This document shows positions 50,801 through 63,777 of a DNA stretch of 64,000 nucleotides, one piece after another. Within the stretch, counting starts at the first letter, position 1. Each line of letters begins with the position of its first letter. The notes below the pieces were generated by a model, which was not told the origin of the DNA, did not search any database, and saw nothing but the letters and a program-made list of their open reading frames with translations. The stretch comes from Klebsormidium nitens. Taxonomy: Eukaryota > Plantae > Klebsormidiophyceae. The stretch covers positions 1 through 64,000 of the forward strand of contig DF237428.1 in assembly GCA_000708835.1 (NCBI GenBank). Reading direction: 5' to 3'. The translations under genes were made by a program, and so were the position numbers.

Positions 50801-53800
50801 CTTATGTCAGGTTTCCGTAGTCGTTTTTCCATGATTCCGTTTTTTCTACCCGTTTCGTAGGTTCCATACTATTCGCGCTGGAACGCCGCCGAGTCGGCCT
50901 CTGCCTGCCTGCGCACGCCTCCTGAACCGCCTGCAAAAGAGACTGACGACGACCTTATGTCCAATTCTGAAGTCGTTTTTAAAAAAATCCATTTTTCTGC
51001 CCGTTTCGGAGTTTCCATATCCGCAGTGGAAGGCCTCCGAGTGGGCCTCCGCCTGCCCGAGCATCGCCTCCTGTACCGCCTGCATTGAGATTTGCATCAG
51101 TAAGTGTCATGTCAAATCTCCAAATCCACCAGTCCTTGTTTCCTTTGCTCTAAAGGTGCCCAGGTGACCAAAATCTTCAAATTTGGAAGTTCTTAATGTT
51201 CACTATGGGGTGCAGACTCGGCGTCCGCATAATAACACGTGGCAGCCTACATCGCCTGCAGAGTTGACGAATGCAAGTTGTTCTCAGTCCGAAAGACTCC
51301 ACTGCTTGCGGTTCTGGACCGGGTTCGAATCCTTCCTTTATACTCTCGGGGCAGAGGAGGTGTGATGGATTGGACGATACAACAATGAAGTCCGTAGATT
51401 GATCAGGCTCGCTGGCCGCCAGCAGGTCTTGGATGGTGTGCACAGGCAGAGCAGCACAAGTCAGAGCGCGTTCCAGACTCTGACCAGCAAACGGATTCAA
51501 AGCCGTTTTAGTACATACGGGATACTCAAAAGAGTCCGATTTCGAGGTTGCCATACACGAAGCGCTCAGACCAAACGCTTACCTCTGCAATCAGCGCTCC
51601 GATTGCTACATCTCCTTTGGCCCCCAAGTACCCGAACTCCCCGCGCTTCAGCCGATCTGCCTCCGCCGCCAACGTCTGAACACCCGCCGCTAGTTCCTCG
51701 AATCCCTCAAGTTTCGGACTCTTCGCCGCCAGAAGTTCCTGTTGGCTCGGCCTCCTGAAAGGGCCGGACTCCTCTTCGTCCTCCTCTTCTTGTCGCTTCC
51801 TGAGGGCTTCATGCGCCACTTTCTCCGCTTCGCGCTTGGCTGTCTCGGCGCGTTCGTGGGTCTTGCGGATGTTCTCAAGAATGAGGCTCTCGGGGGCTAG
51901 GGACTCGCTCTGGCCGGAGGTCCGTTTCTCGACCTCTTCAACCGCACGCCGGAGCTGCGGGGCAAAGCTGCATATTTCAGATTGCAGCAACAACAAGAGA
52001 ATCAACCCCTCCTCGTCACATGAGAGACGGGAGAAGCAATCCGCATTCAGTGCCGAGAATAAAGCGATCGACTCAGGCCTTACTTAGACCTTTCTTACAG
52101 CGCAGTGACCGTGCACGTCGCAACAGCCTTTCTTGAAGGGCTTTGCAGGATCCCAAGGAGCACGTGCACGTCTACCTCGAGTCAGCAACACTCAGCAGGA
52201 CCATACTCGAAACATCTGCTACGTTTTCAAGAACGCTTGGTGTAGCTTATGGAAAAACAGCAGAATTGAGTCTCAATCTGCGCGCAACTGACAGATTACG
52301 TCAGTGACGTTAAAGGCCTGAAATCCAAACCGCTTGACTCCCCAAAAGCCTTACGTTGTGCACGTGCTGCTTCGCCTTCTTGGAGGCCTCCGTCTCCTCC
52401 TCGCCCCCTTCCCGCCTCGCCGCCTCCTGCAACACCTTGTGCAGCTCCGCGTCCCGCTCACTCTCATCGCTGACATCACTGTCCTCGTCATCACCCTCAT
52501 CTCCCCCCTCATTGCTGACCTCAGCAGACTTCTTTTTATGCAATTCTTCCTTCCCGTTGACATCATTTTGCTGCTCCTCCCCCTTGCGGACAATAGCGGT
52601 GCCGTCCAGCAACGCCTGCACGGGCGCCTGGGGCCCCTGTGCACCGCCTGCACGTGCGGGCCCGCTCTCAACCTCACGCAGAGTTTCAGACGCTTCGGAC
52701 ACTGGAGCTTCGGCGCTTTCAGACGCGGCCTCGGACGCCGCCTCTCCCGCAGTGTCGAGCTTGCCTTCGGACGCGCCTACAGATGCCGCTTGGGACGCCG
52801 CAACCGGCTTGCCTACGAATGCTGCCCCTACTAATGGGGCCTTGCCCTCTGCCGGCTTTTGGTTCCCTGCTTGCTTCTTCTCCTGCTCGGAACCCTCTGC
52901 TTTTGCCTCCTTTCCTTCTGATTCCCCAGCAACTTCCGCATCTTTCTGCGCATTTGCTACCTTCGCCGCACCGCTCAGCTTAGCTGCCAGATCTCCAGTC
53001 CCGTTCTTCCCACCAAGGATTCCCGAAGTACTGCTCTTCTGAGGCAACCTCGTTCCCTCATCCGCCTCTCCCCTGTCCGCCGCCCCTTGTTGACTTCCCT
53101 TTCCATTCTGCTCTCCCCCCTGCTTCGGCGACACCGCTGTAGCAACCCCCTTCGGAGTTGTCTCTGGTCCTAATGGCAAATAGCCCTTCAGATCGTCCCA
53201 GTAGTAATATGCACCACCACCGGCACCTAATGCCGCCAACAGCAACAAGATTGTCCCTGCTCCCTCCCCCCCGCCAGAAGGAGCCGCGCTTGGCCCCCCA
53301 GCTCCTGAGACCGCCCCCACCCCCCCTGTCCCGGGGGGCGAATTCAACCCCTTAGTGGTTGGGCTTCCCTGCGCGCCAAAAATAGGCGCCGCCTGAGCAG
53401 CCCCCGTGTCATGAACTGGAACATTTACTTTGCTGATGTCAGCGGCGGGGGTCTCTACTGTTGGGGAGGGGGCGGGGGTTGCGCTGCTGCCGGCGGTTCC
53501 GACGACCACCTTCTGGCCAGCCGCGAGGCCGCCACTTGCCGCGCTCGCATTGGCGGTTGCGCTGTGCACGTGCGGCTTGGCAGAGGGAGGTCTGGCAGTG
53601 TGCTTGTTGGAGTTGTTTTTCAGGTTGGGGAAGGAAGATGTGGTGAATGGCTGCAAACAGCAGAGCTTGCTAGTTTTTGATGCGGCTGGAGAACAGAGCT
53701 TTGCATGCATTTGAGAGCATCTCTGCATCAGTCCACAAACCACAGATTGATTTCTTGTTTGCAGTGCTTTGATTCTTTCGACGGCCACTACTTGGAGCTC

Positions 53801-54569
53801 CCAGACAGCGATGGACTGCTGAAACTATACACAAAGTGCTTATCCCATACAACACATTACATAAGATGCAAACAAACTTCATTGACTCGCAGTCTGGACC
53901 AATGCAATTTTGGAGAAAAGCCGCTTTTAATCCCAGATAGAGTCATAACTAATGGAGATCCGGCCGCAAGTGCCGGATCAACCTGATTAGCCGAGTGCTC
54001 AGGCTTTGATCAGGAGGCTTAAAACATTTATCCTCTGCTTTAAAACTTCATCTCCAATTGATGCGTGCAACCTTCTGAAAATGTATCACAGAGGTTAAAT
54101 GAACACAATCTCATCCTCAATCTGCAAACTGACCGCGATCCAGATCGCAAGGACTATACTGTTCGCTCCACTTTCACCATGAGTGTATTCATTGTCCACC
54201 GAAACCTGTCTACTTTACCATAGTCTTGGATTCCGAAGTCCAATGACACAGCCGCGGATTTTCAAACCATCAGTGTCTACAGATTCTGATGCAGCACGCC
54301 GACAAAGCAAGAATGCCGCGCAGATGATATTTGGAAACGAGCAATCAACAACCCGCAGCAGCAAAACCCTTCTGCAGCAAAATCACAGAAAGCACATAGT
54401 CAGCATTGTTCTGACGCACCTTATTGGCTAGAGCTGGCCCCTCTGCGATGGCAATTGCGAAGGACTCGCTTGACACAGAGGTCGTCCCTTCAATGCATGC
54501 CTGCAGCTGCGTCTGGATCGCGCGCCTGCTGAGGTGGCGCGCGAGCAGGAGGCGAGGTAGCAACGACAT
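47860..54569 (-). CDS. MIC60: MICOS subunit MIC60 (mitofilin), 8 exons
   Basis: Exons 54569-54420 (presequence-like MSLLPRLLLARHLSRR), 53650-52355 (TM ILLLLAALGAGGGAYYYW), 51954-51583, 50777-50625, 50212-50000, 49565-49488, 48910-48737 and 48219-47860. C-terminal mitofilin domain LARAEALLAHGELTEVAKVLE...KWAEEARSRAVAEQAV. Confidence 0.85.
50300..51090 (-). repeat. Four exon-head copies in MIC60 introns
   Basis: Copies of exon 50212 head near 50373 and ~50500; copies of exon 50777 head at 50930 and 51079. Confidence 0.85.
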
Positions 54570-55487
54570 TGCTGACGCGCTGCTCTGCGCAGATCGAGCT
54601 ATCTACCTACCAAGCGAAAGAAGGCGCCAAGAATGGTGGCAAGAAAGTCGCTGCATGTGCACATGGCCCTGGCTGGGATAGTGGGAGAGAAGCACGGCGC
54701 TGGAAAATCGGTTCCGTCCCTCCGCTTCATGAGTCTTGATTCCGACCCGGAACGACCGGATTCCGCCCAAGCGCTTCCGCCAACGGATTCAAAGACGGAA
54801 GTAGACGGAAGAGCCGGGACGCCGGACGATCTTCTAGCTTGACGAGTCTCAGCTCGCTGATGACTTTCAGAGGTGAGTCAAGGTTGGGGCGGTCTTGAAA
54901 CAGAGCGGCGCAGGGGCAGATTTGTCTCGAAGTGCAATTCTTGAGTCATTACGTCAGGCCAACGATGTGGGCGTCAGGGCATCTGCCATCAAGAGTTAGT
55001 GCACCCAAGGTCGATGTCTGATACATGGAAACCGTCGGCTGGTTTGGTACAAGTTTATCCATGCTGTAACCTAACTCGCAAGGACTCAGCGAATGACTCA
55101 TATGCAAATAAGCGTTGCCACATTTCACAATATGGGCCGGCCGAGTGGCCGCGGTTCATGGCTAGCATGTGACACATTTCTTACTCGATCCTTTCATTGA
55201 AGGAAACCACATGATGAGGATAACGTTGTTTACAGAGTGGCGACAAATGATACTCAACCGACTGTCCGTTGACCTGGATTTATAATGGTAGAATAAGAAT
55301 CTGAAGGTCGTTTCAAGACATCTCGAGTAATAAACTGTGCTTCGCAAGTCCAGGTGTCAACGCTCCTGATGTGCGACGACGTCACATGCTATTCTATACC
55401 GCCACTCTTCGTCACCAATGCGGAGCTGTTTCCTTAACTCACAATATGCCCGTTAACCGAATCGTATGCACGCGCTTCAGCAACTCT

Positions 55488-58400
55488 CTAAGATTCTGCA
55501 CTTAGACGTAAATGTCCTCGGAATTTGAGTCTGCTCTCCGAAGATCCTCTTTTATTGTTTCCGTCGTATCTTTCTGTGTTGCCTGTTTCCAGAACGAAAG
55601 GTACTAGCGCTCGGTATCACAAAATGCTGTGAACGGCCAACTCACGCATAGTGCTGCAGTCCACGCTCACAAAGCCCACCCTGCTGTTCTCTGCGTCGAA
55701 CACTACCTGTCACAAAAACGACTTGGACAATCGGGCAAGTCAAGGTATACATCGCTTCTGCGCCAGAATTTCAGCTCGTTGCGTACTCGAAAGAGACCAG
55801 AACTGCCAAGGCTTTGACGTACCATTCCGTATCTTCATGGTGGGAGAACTAGTTAAAAGGTCCTTTTTCCCCTCTACAAATCGAGACGGTGTGATGCTCA
55901 ATGACCTGATGGATGCAGCGGGAAGAGTTGTGCCGTAGGGCAAATTTATGAGGCTGTAGAAGTTAGCGGTAAACTGTGGAAGTTAAAGGAACACGTTGAA
56001 GCTTCCAAGCAGTCACTGCAGCCGTTCATGTTCTAAAAAGCTTTGCTCTCCAAATTCGCAAGCGATCAGAAGGAATGTTGCAGCCGACTTCTGATCAGGA
56101 CGCCCGCAGCGCTTTCAAGTGATGCCCACAAAGGTCCTCAACACGGATTCGTTAGGGTCGGAAATTAGGTTCTGAAGCACAAAAGGAAGCAAATTAAGAC
56201 CATACTAGCCTGCCAGAGTCGTCTCCTAGCCCGGTTTGCTGCCGTCGGATTTAGTTCACCGTACCAGGTTATCCGTGAGGAAGCTGTCACCAATGACCCA
56301 TGTTCCATTGCCTTCGCCCCCATTGGCGATCCCCGGGTGAACGAACGGCCCCATAGCGTTTTGGGACCGGGAGGTATACGACGCCGGCCGCGCGATCGCT
56401 TGCGTGCCTTGCAGCTGGAGCGTGAGCGTCGGGAAGCGCGCAGAAATCTCCCCGTCCGAAAACGTCAGGAAAGCTGCGGAGAATCAGTCCGAGCTGCGAG
56501 GGTTTGTCAGTCACCTTCTCCTTGAACCATCCAGTCGAAGAAAGATAAGCACCGCTAAACCAGTATCCTGGACGGTAAACCAGCACGCTTCCGTGCTGAT
56601 TGCTAGCACGAATCCGGTCGACGAGGCAGCCGAGGTGGATGCTGCCGTGCGGTACCGTGTCCTTGCCGGCTCGTATCGGGACCGGCTAGACACACTACCC
56701 GATCCTACCTCCGACCGCCGGTCTCGACTCACTGCGGCCTACTCGGCTCTCGACTCCTATAGACATGCTCACGACATGATGGAAAACGAAGGATCGCCCC
56801 CATCCGGGGCCAACCCCTTCATTTACCGTCAGGTTTTAGATTCAGAATACTTCAAGGCACTTTCCTGATCATTCGCCCAGTAGCGGAAGCGCTGATTGCT
56901 ACTCCGTACCGCTCAATCTTTCAAAAAGGCAGCACGGACGTCGAGCAAGGATACTGAACAGCAGACATCAGACAAAAAGTAGAGCGCAACGGAAGATTAC
57001 TCACGTGGGTTACACGTCGTGAGACTGCACAAAGGCAAAGCGTACGACGCGCGTCAGACGGACGAGGGTCAATCGGACGGTCACGACAGGTGGACTGATG
57101 GTGACGATATTTCGGACATTGATCGAACTCGAAGCATCATTTCGTCCACGTCTGCTGGTTAATCAGGATAAAAACTTAGACTGGGCGGTTTCTTTGCTGC
57201 TCTAGTGCGCTGCCGATGTCACTGCAGAAGACCCAGCGCAGTCTACTGTTTCCCACTTTTAGACGACTAACTCCAGATTCGCAGATGCCTGTCCATCCTT
57301 TTGACCCCTTGCCATGCGATGATTGACAGGAATGGCCGTTCAGTTCCATTTCAGCCGTTCGAAAGCGGGTCGGTTCATGCATGGTTATCCCTTTTCCATC
57401 TTCGAGGACCTATTTGTCAAGCGTCCGGACTTTTTCCTTATTTCGGGAAATGCTTGTTTGTGAATATTGCAGAAGGCCTCGTAGGGCAAACCGCACGATT
57501 TGAGATTTGAAGGTTGTTTTCCGAGGAACTTAAAAGAGAGAAACAACTCACTCAACGTAGTCTAAACCGCCGAGAGAGACGGAGTGGAGGCACCCGGTGG
57601 CCAGCTGGATGGCGCCGAACAAACTGTTGTAAATTGGTGTTTCAAGAAACGTGAGCGTAGTGCCTGCAGGAGAACGCTCAAGGTTGCATAGGAAGTCCCC
57701 GGTTGAGTTTTTCCGTCCTACCAGGGCGGATCACGCTGTTAGTGAAGGTTACTCCTTGCAATATCTTAAACTGTTCTCAGTTCGAATCTGTTACGAAGAA
57801 CTTGGCAGATCCCTGAGACTGGCTCGAGGTAAGATTCTGAAAGGAAACAGTTGTTCGAAAGCCGCTCCTGGAATTCGATGCCAGAAACCAGGGCTAACAA
57901 ATTACTCTTCGTCTCAAACAGGAGCAAATATCGGCCTTTCCTCTCCCACAATCCTTCTCAGCTTAACGGATTCCATATAAGGAACCGCACCTGAGTCCAC
58001 GATCCACTTGGAACCCCTCTCCGCATCCCGCTCCATTTTCGCTGCCGCCCCGGGCACCGGAACTCCGTTCACCAGAACGTCCGTCGCACTCGGGATGGCG
58101 AATTCGACCGACGGGTTTTGCAGCAGGGGGCCCGTGTAGGTTACGGCGTAGGGGCTACCGTCCGGCTGGGTGGGGACCCCCCCGAGAAAGAGCGTGCCCC
58201 CGGTGCTGTGGCCGGAGGCGAGGCAGAGAGCGAAAGTGGAGGAAGGCAGAGCGCCCGCCTGAAGGGGGGCACGAAAGAGGGGTTGGGAAAACGGCGCGAG
58301 ACTGAAGCAAGGGGCTGGAGCTGAGGGTGAGACGAAGCGGGGAATAGGTGTGGGACGTAAAACAGACATGTGTGAGAAAGGAGAGCGCGCGAAGCTTGCG

Positions 58401-59988
58401 GCGACGTCACTTTCCTAGTCCGCTCTGTTCAGAGGACGGACACAGTCGATTGAAACAGGAACAGTTAAGTCACAGAGGAGGACAAACGATCATAGGGCCG
58501 ACTCCAAATAAGAGCGAAATGGATTGCATGAGAAGTTCTAAGCAGATACATTCGCAGTTCGAAGCAATTTGTTATCAAAAAGGTTCAAGAGGGACCTTCA
58601 TTAGGGGAGACGTCTTTGCAAGCCCGAACAATCGAAGCGGATTTCTGCGTTTACGCACTTATACCAGTACTCTACTGTAAGATACAGTATCAAGCTCTCA
58701 ACCAACGGCAGTATACTCAAAAGCCACCCGTAATATGTGGATATAAGGAGATGGGCTTATATATAAGCCCACCTCCTTTAGCTGGAATGGCAACGACGTG
58801 GCTGTGGGCCCAAACCCAAACAGACCGGCCGCGCCTTGCTCAAAGCCCGCCTGGAAAGTTGTCGTTCCGAGAAATATGCGGGCTTCCCCGGAGGAGACCC
58901 CACCTACCGACACCGTATCCTGAACGTACTTTCCTGCATCATAAGCGGGACGGTAGATTGAGATTCGTTAGTAAATCCGGTTGCTTGAGGACTTCGAACA
59001 CAACTTCGAGGATCTAATTGCTCTTGATTGAAGTTGTCGAGGCTTGTGAGGACGTAATCCCGTTCGTGAGACCTCAGAGCTAGCTCCTTGAAGTTGAGTT
59101 CAACCTGCTCGTACATTCCCTCACCCGCAGTCAAATTCTGACGCTTTGAATGGGAGCATATAAGTTCTTCTATTTAACATGTCGGAGGACGTGGGTCGTT
59201 CCTAGTCGTTGCAATCTGCAGATACATTCTTTTACCCAACATTCAGATCCTGTCGCTTTCAACGGGGACGAAAGCCACTGCCTAGATTCCTTCAAGACAC
59301 TTGTAATGACAGATTGAGCTTTTGATCTCAAATTACTCGTGAATTATCCATTTCATGGCGCTCCGTTTCTCACCATAAAACTCAATAAGAAGCACTTTGT
59401 AAACAGATAACTCCAACCTGCCGCGTTGCCGCTCCCAAACCCGATCTCAAACTGACACGTGCCGTTCTCCGAATAGCCCCTTCCCAGACAGCCCGTATCT
59501 CCTATCCCCCCAGGCGCCGCGCACCGCCCACATGGGGGGTCGGTGACCGCCGTACTCGAAACCAGGGGGTCGTATGTCGGCCCCGCGTACGGGCAGCTCG
59601 ACCCCCCCGAAAAGGGGCTGTTCTGGCACACGCTTGGCCCCGGGCAGGAGGTGCAGTCTGGCCCCTGAACGAAACATAGACTACTCCCGGTGTCAATGAT
59701 GACCGGGACATCTACCGGGGGGGTGCCCAGTGATACGTTTACCAGGAACAGGCCCAGGGGAAGGTTTCCCCCCGAAAGGGGGACGGCTGTGCTGGCGGAC
59801 CCTCCCTCCACGAAGCTGCTGAAGTAGGCCGCTTTGGCGGCGCTCTGCGATGCGCTGTGGTGAGGAGGGAAGGGCTGTCGCGCGACCGGAATGGTGATCT
59901 GAGCGGAAAGGAATGACAGCTGTCCAAAGAAGAGCGCGAGAAGGAGGAGCAAGGAGGAAAGAGGCAAGGGGCCGTTTTCCGGCGCCAT
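55488..59988 (-). CDS. Secreted pepsin-like (A1) aspartic protease
   Basis: Exons 59988-59418 (signal peptide, SLGTPP..IIDTGSS), 58933-58773, 58258-57991 (WIVDSG), 57663-57552 (GTTLTFL), 57024-57005 (microexon), 56473-56265 (WVIGDSFL) and 55706-55646 (VVFDAENSRVGF). The terminal exon (55495-55488) is uncertain. Confidence 0.85.
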
Positions 59989-62327
59989 GTTTGCTTGTGA
60001 AAAGGGTTCTTTCCTCCTCTAGGAGGGTCTTTGTAGGAGTCTTATTTATTTAAGAGTATAAATCAGGACTGGAAGCAAGTGAAGTAGCGCCAACAAATCT
60101 TGCTGGTTGAAGATGCGTAGACTCGTTTTTGCGATGGGACTATCATTCACAAGAAGCGAAGAGAGTTGCATGAAAGTGCGCCTCTTTATGCTCCTAAAGT
60201 CGAAGAGTTGTTGCAGTATGTAAAGTGCTGGTCCGAAATCTTTTGGAAGAAGCATGTTACTCGTATTGAGATTGTGCCTCTTCAGCCGAAGCCCACCTCA
60301 AGCCCGCGCCATGATGCTTCTTCCCTTACGCGAAAGTGCTGAGACGGAGGGGTCTTTTGAGCAGTTTTTATCCTGAGCGCCTCTTGTTTGGGATGTTGAA
60401 TAGCCTTCCACAATGATGAGTGGTTTCTCGCGCGAACTTTTCGCGACGCCCCCAAGTAAGGGGCCAAGAGAAGCGCACCCCTTACCAGACACGGAAAGCA
60501 GTGCCCGTTCCGAACACTCTCCTTGTGCTGGCGGATATCCCGGTTATAATGCAAAGGGGAGTGAATCAAATCATGTACTTAGCTAGTGAAGCCCGGTAAC
60601 ATCACTCCGTTTGGAGATCCGTTACTACAACCAGGGGAAACCTGAGAGTAACGCATGCAGCGCCCAGGAACGACGTGTGTTAGCTGCCCCTTTGTCGTAA
60701 CCTCCGAACTAACCCAGACTTTAAGGAAACCCCTAACGATCGGGGGCATCGTTCTTGACGTCCTCCTCACCATATTGATCTATCAATCTGCACACAAGTA
60801 TCCAGGATACTCGACAACGTGGCAGCGTGCTTGGCTTCACACCTGGCGGGCGAGCTCACAGATCTTGGGGGGTCTCTTGCTTGACTGCGGTACTATGATT
60901 GATCACTGTCAGGATGAGGAAGAAATAAAGCTGAGAATCGTTGCTATTGGTCCCCATCAAGTGGTCCCCATCAATCGAACCGCCCTGCGTACCATTCGAT
61001 GTGACTCCTTGCTTACTGTCGGATCATGATCCGCCATCAGCCAAATGCAACGGTGCAAAAAGCGTAGGTGGAAAAACGCAGATGGCTTATCACATCAGAT
61101 ATTCCCCAATCTTTTCCAAATGGGTATGCTTGTGCCGACTGATTCACAGATGCTGATCTGTGGTCTCGTTAGGGTGTTGGACCTGAAGAGAAGAGCGTCT
61201 ATACGACTCTTTACCAAGGCATTCAAAGAGGAGTAGTTTGGGCGGCATCCATGCATGCATGGTGCGTTTGCCTGACTCTGGTTGGCGTGTTGACTATGTA
61301 CGTACGAATCAAAACTTGAGTAGATCTTATACGTAAGATTGACGAATAATTAGCGTCCCTTAAAGTCGGACATTGCGCGAATTTTCGGCAGCTTGCATGC
61401 ATGGAAATCCCGGTTCAATCAACAGTGCGGCCAAGGCTTAAGTCACATTGATTGCAGAGATCGTCTGGCAAAAAGGTGAACGCTAGTCCGACCTGCAGGG
61501 CCTGGTACTAATCAGTCAATTAATATATACTGGCGGGTTTGCGCGGCTTGACGACTTCAAAATGTCGGGGGTCGTGTTCGCAGGCATCCCGGGCAGAGAT
61601 CCGGCAGGTGGCCATGCAATCCATACCGATATGACGTAATTCGGTCAAATTGCGAAGTTCGTATTTGCCATTGCATGCGGCGCATCTCCTCGCTGCCGTA
61701 AGTCCACTAGGCTTAGCACTGCGCATTTGGGAGTTCGATCCGACACATCAAGTCACCGTGAGCGGGCCTGATTGCATTCAACAAGCACTCGCGTTCTTTA
61801 TAAGTCGCATATGGAAGTGGCAACGCTTCCTAGCTGTTCGTTTTGCGTCATGTCCTCCCCTTCAATATATATTTTGCAATCGAATTCATGCTTCTTTGTG
61901 AAAGATTCGAAAGATCCATTGTCTGCAGTTCCGGCCGTCTGTCATCTGCAGTCCACCCAGGACATCGACGTTGACGTCGCGGTCAAAAACAAGTTACAAA
62001 GCAGACTCTTGAAGAGAACGTTTGACATGATCCTCAATCTAGCTGGGCATCACGTCCCTACGGGATCGCCGCCGACATGCAAAACTGGGTACCCGATACC
62101 TTAACGTCAGCAACACGCTTTAAAATCTTGACAATGACACACAACAGGACCTCTATAACTTCCGGAAACAACCTCTACACAAGCATACGTGCCTCTTATC
62201 CCGCAACCACCCAATGACCCCCAAGGGTTACTCAAAGCGGCGGTCATGTGCTCAGCTCTACCAGCATGTACTATTCTCAACCAACAACGGTCGACCTCAG
62301 GGCAGTCTATAGCGCGCTCCGCACAAT

Positions 62328-63777
62328 TCATTGCAGGCCACCCTGCTCCAACACCAGGGTGAAGTTGCTCTTCTCGGCGCTGGGTCCGTGGAACTGGATT
62401 GGGCCTGCAAGCGGAGCAGGGAAACCGAGAATGTGAGAATGTGCGTTCCGGTCGCATTGGCGGAAGGGTCCGATCCGCATGGAAGATCAAGACCCAAAGC
62501 ATGACTTGCCGGTCCCAGAAGTGCCGCGCCATCTGAGCTTTGAATTTCGAGCGGTCAGAAGTCGTTTTGCAAGGGAGCAAGAATGATCGTATGCTCTTTG
62601 GAACCCTGCCCGGCATCCATTCTATCACAAGGACCTTTTTCCCCCCAAAAAATTGACCAGACAAAACCGCCGTTGCGCCGGTCCATTGCTCATGTTGGCT
62701 GAATTTCGATCTTGTTACGAACCTGGTAGGACGAAAAGTTAACTGTGTGGGACCACTCAACTCCGGTTTTGACAATAACGAAGCGAACCAGATCAACTGG
62801 CGCACGCGTTAAGGCTGGCCTTCTTTTCAAACACCGAGCTTGCAGATGCTGCATAACCTGAGATGGAGTTGCAACGAATCCTTGCCTAAAAGCCAGACCC
62901 CCGAGTGCCCAATCGACGATCCGAAGATTCGAAGCCCGCGACTTGGATCCCAGAACCCCAGCTAAAAGAAGCAAGCTCCGGAAAAGAGAACCAGACCTCC
63001 AAAGTACAACCTCAAACCCCAAGACCAAAAACTCTTGACGTGGAAACGCCGGTACTCACCCGGGCATCTGTAGCAGTCCTCGACGGCCCACCGGTCCCTC
63101 TGCTCGGCGAACTGGAGGAAGGGCGCGCCGTTGAGCTCGGTCATGGCCTTCTTGATGACGGGCTTGTTCTTGCCTGCGAGAAAGAGTGTAACGGTATCAG
63201 CATTTCGAAGCGGACGGGCTGTGAAGCTCATCCCAGGGTTCCGCAACAGCCAAGATAATTCATATTTAGGAAGCAAAGTCTTATAATATCTACGCTCCAA
63301 TTCCCTTTCAGAATGTAGGGGCTACCTATTCAATCATTAAAGCTTTCGGCCGTGGCAGACACGCCGAGCTTCATCATTTCAACCAAGAAAGGTCCCCAGC
63401 TCTAGCTGCGTGGCTCTTGTGACGTGGCACTTTCCATATTTAGAATGTGACAGCGACGCGCTCGACTGCTGAATACTCACAAGGGCATGTCATCTCTGTC
63501 CCGTAAGTAGCTTGGATTGTGGTCAATAGGCAGCATGGGACGAAGACAAAGAAGACCGACTCCATAGGTAGAGAAAGATCCTTGCAAAACATGACAGCCA
63601 ACATAGTCGCCTAATCCCTGGGTCCTCATGCTAATGCACCCTCACTTGAATGGAGCAGAAAGAAAGAGAATAAGTCGGCCCGAAGGGCTTACCCTTGCGC
63701 TTTTCTACACACATGAGGGTAGTCAGATTGGTCCCGCCAACGGTCCACTCGTTGGAGGGGGCTGCCAGGTTCCCGAC
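62328..63777 (-). CDS. PFP-BETA: Pyrophosphate:fructose-6-phosphate 1-phosphotransferase beta subunit, 3' exons only (gene continues beyond the window)
   Basis: Exons 63777-63693, 63173-63060 and 62404-62328 give [74 protein letters not shown]...*, matching the plant PFP-beta C-terminus (from recall). Confidence 0.85.

Noticed and set aside
52334-53714. Long + strand ORFs (up to 228 aa) opposite MIC60 exon 2
   Set aside because: They are antisense shadows of a GC-rich low-complexity exon.
59085-59134. GEGMYEQV frame as protease exon 2
   Set aside because: It has no AG acceptor in the right phase; 58933 supplies GKYVQDTV in frame. At most it is a very decayed echo.
62107-62805. 232-aa minus-strand ORF
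   Set aside because: It runs through a PFP-beta intron, terminal exon and UTR, has no family signal, and the real exon uses another frame.
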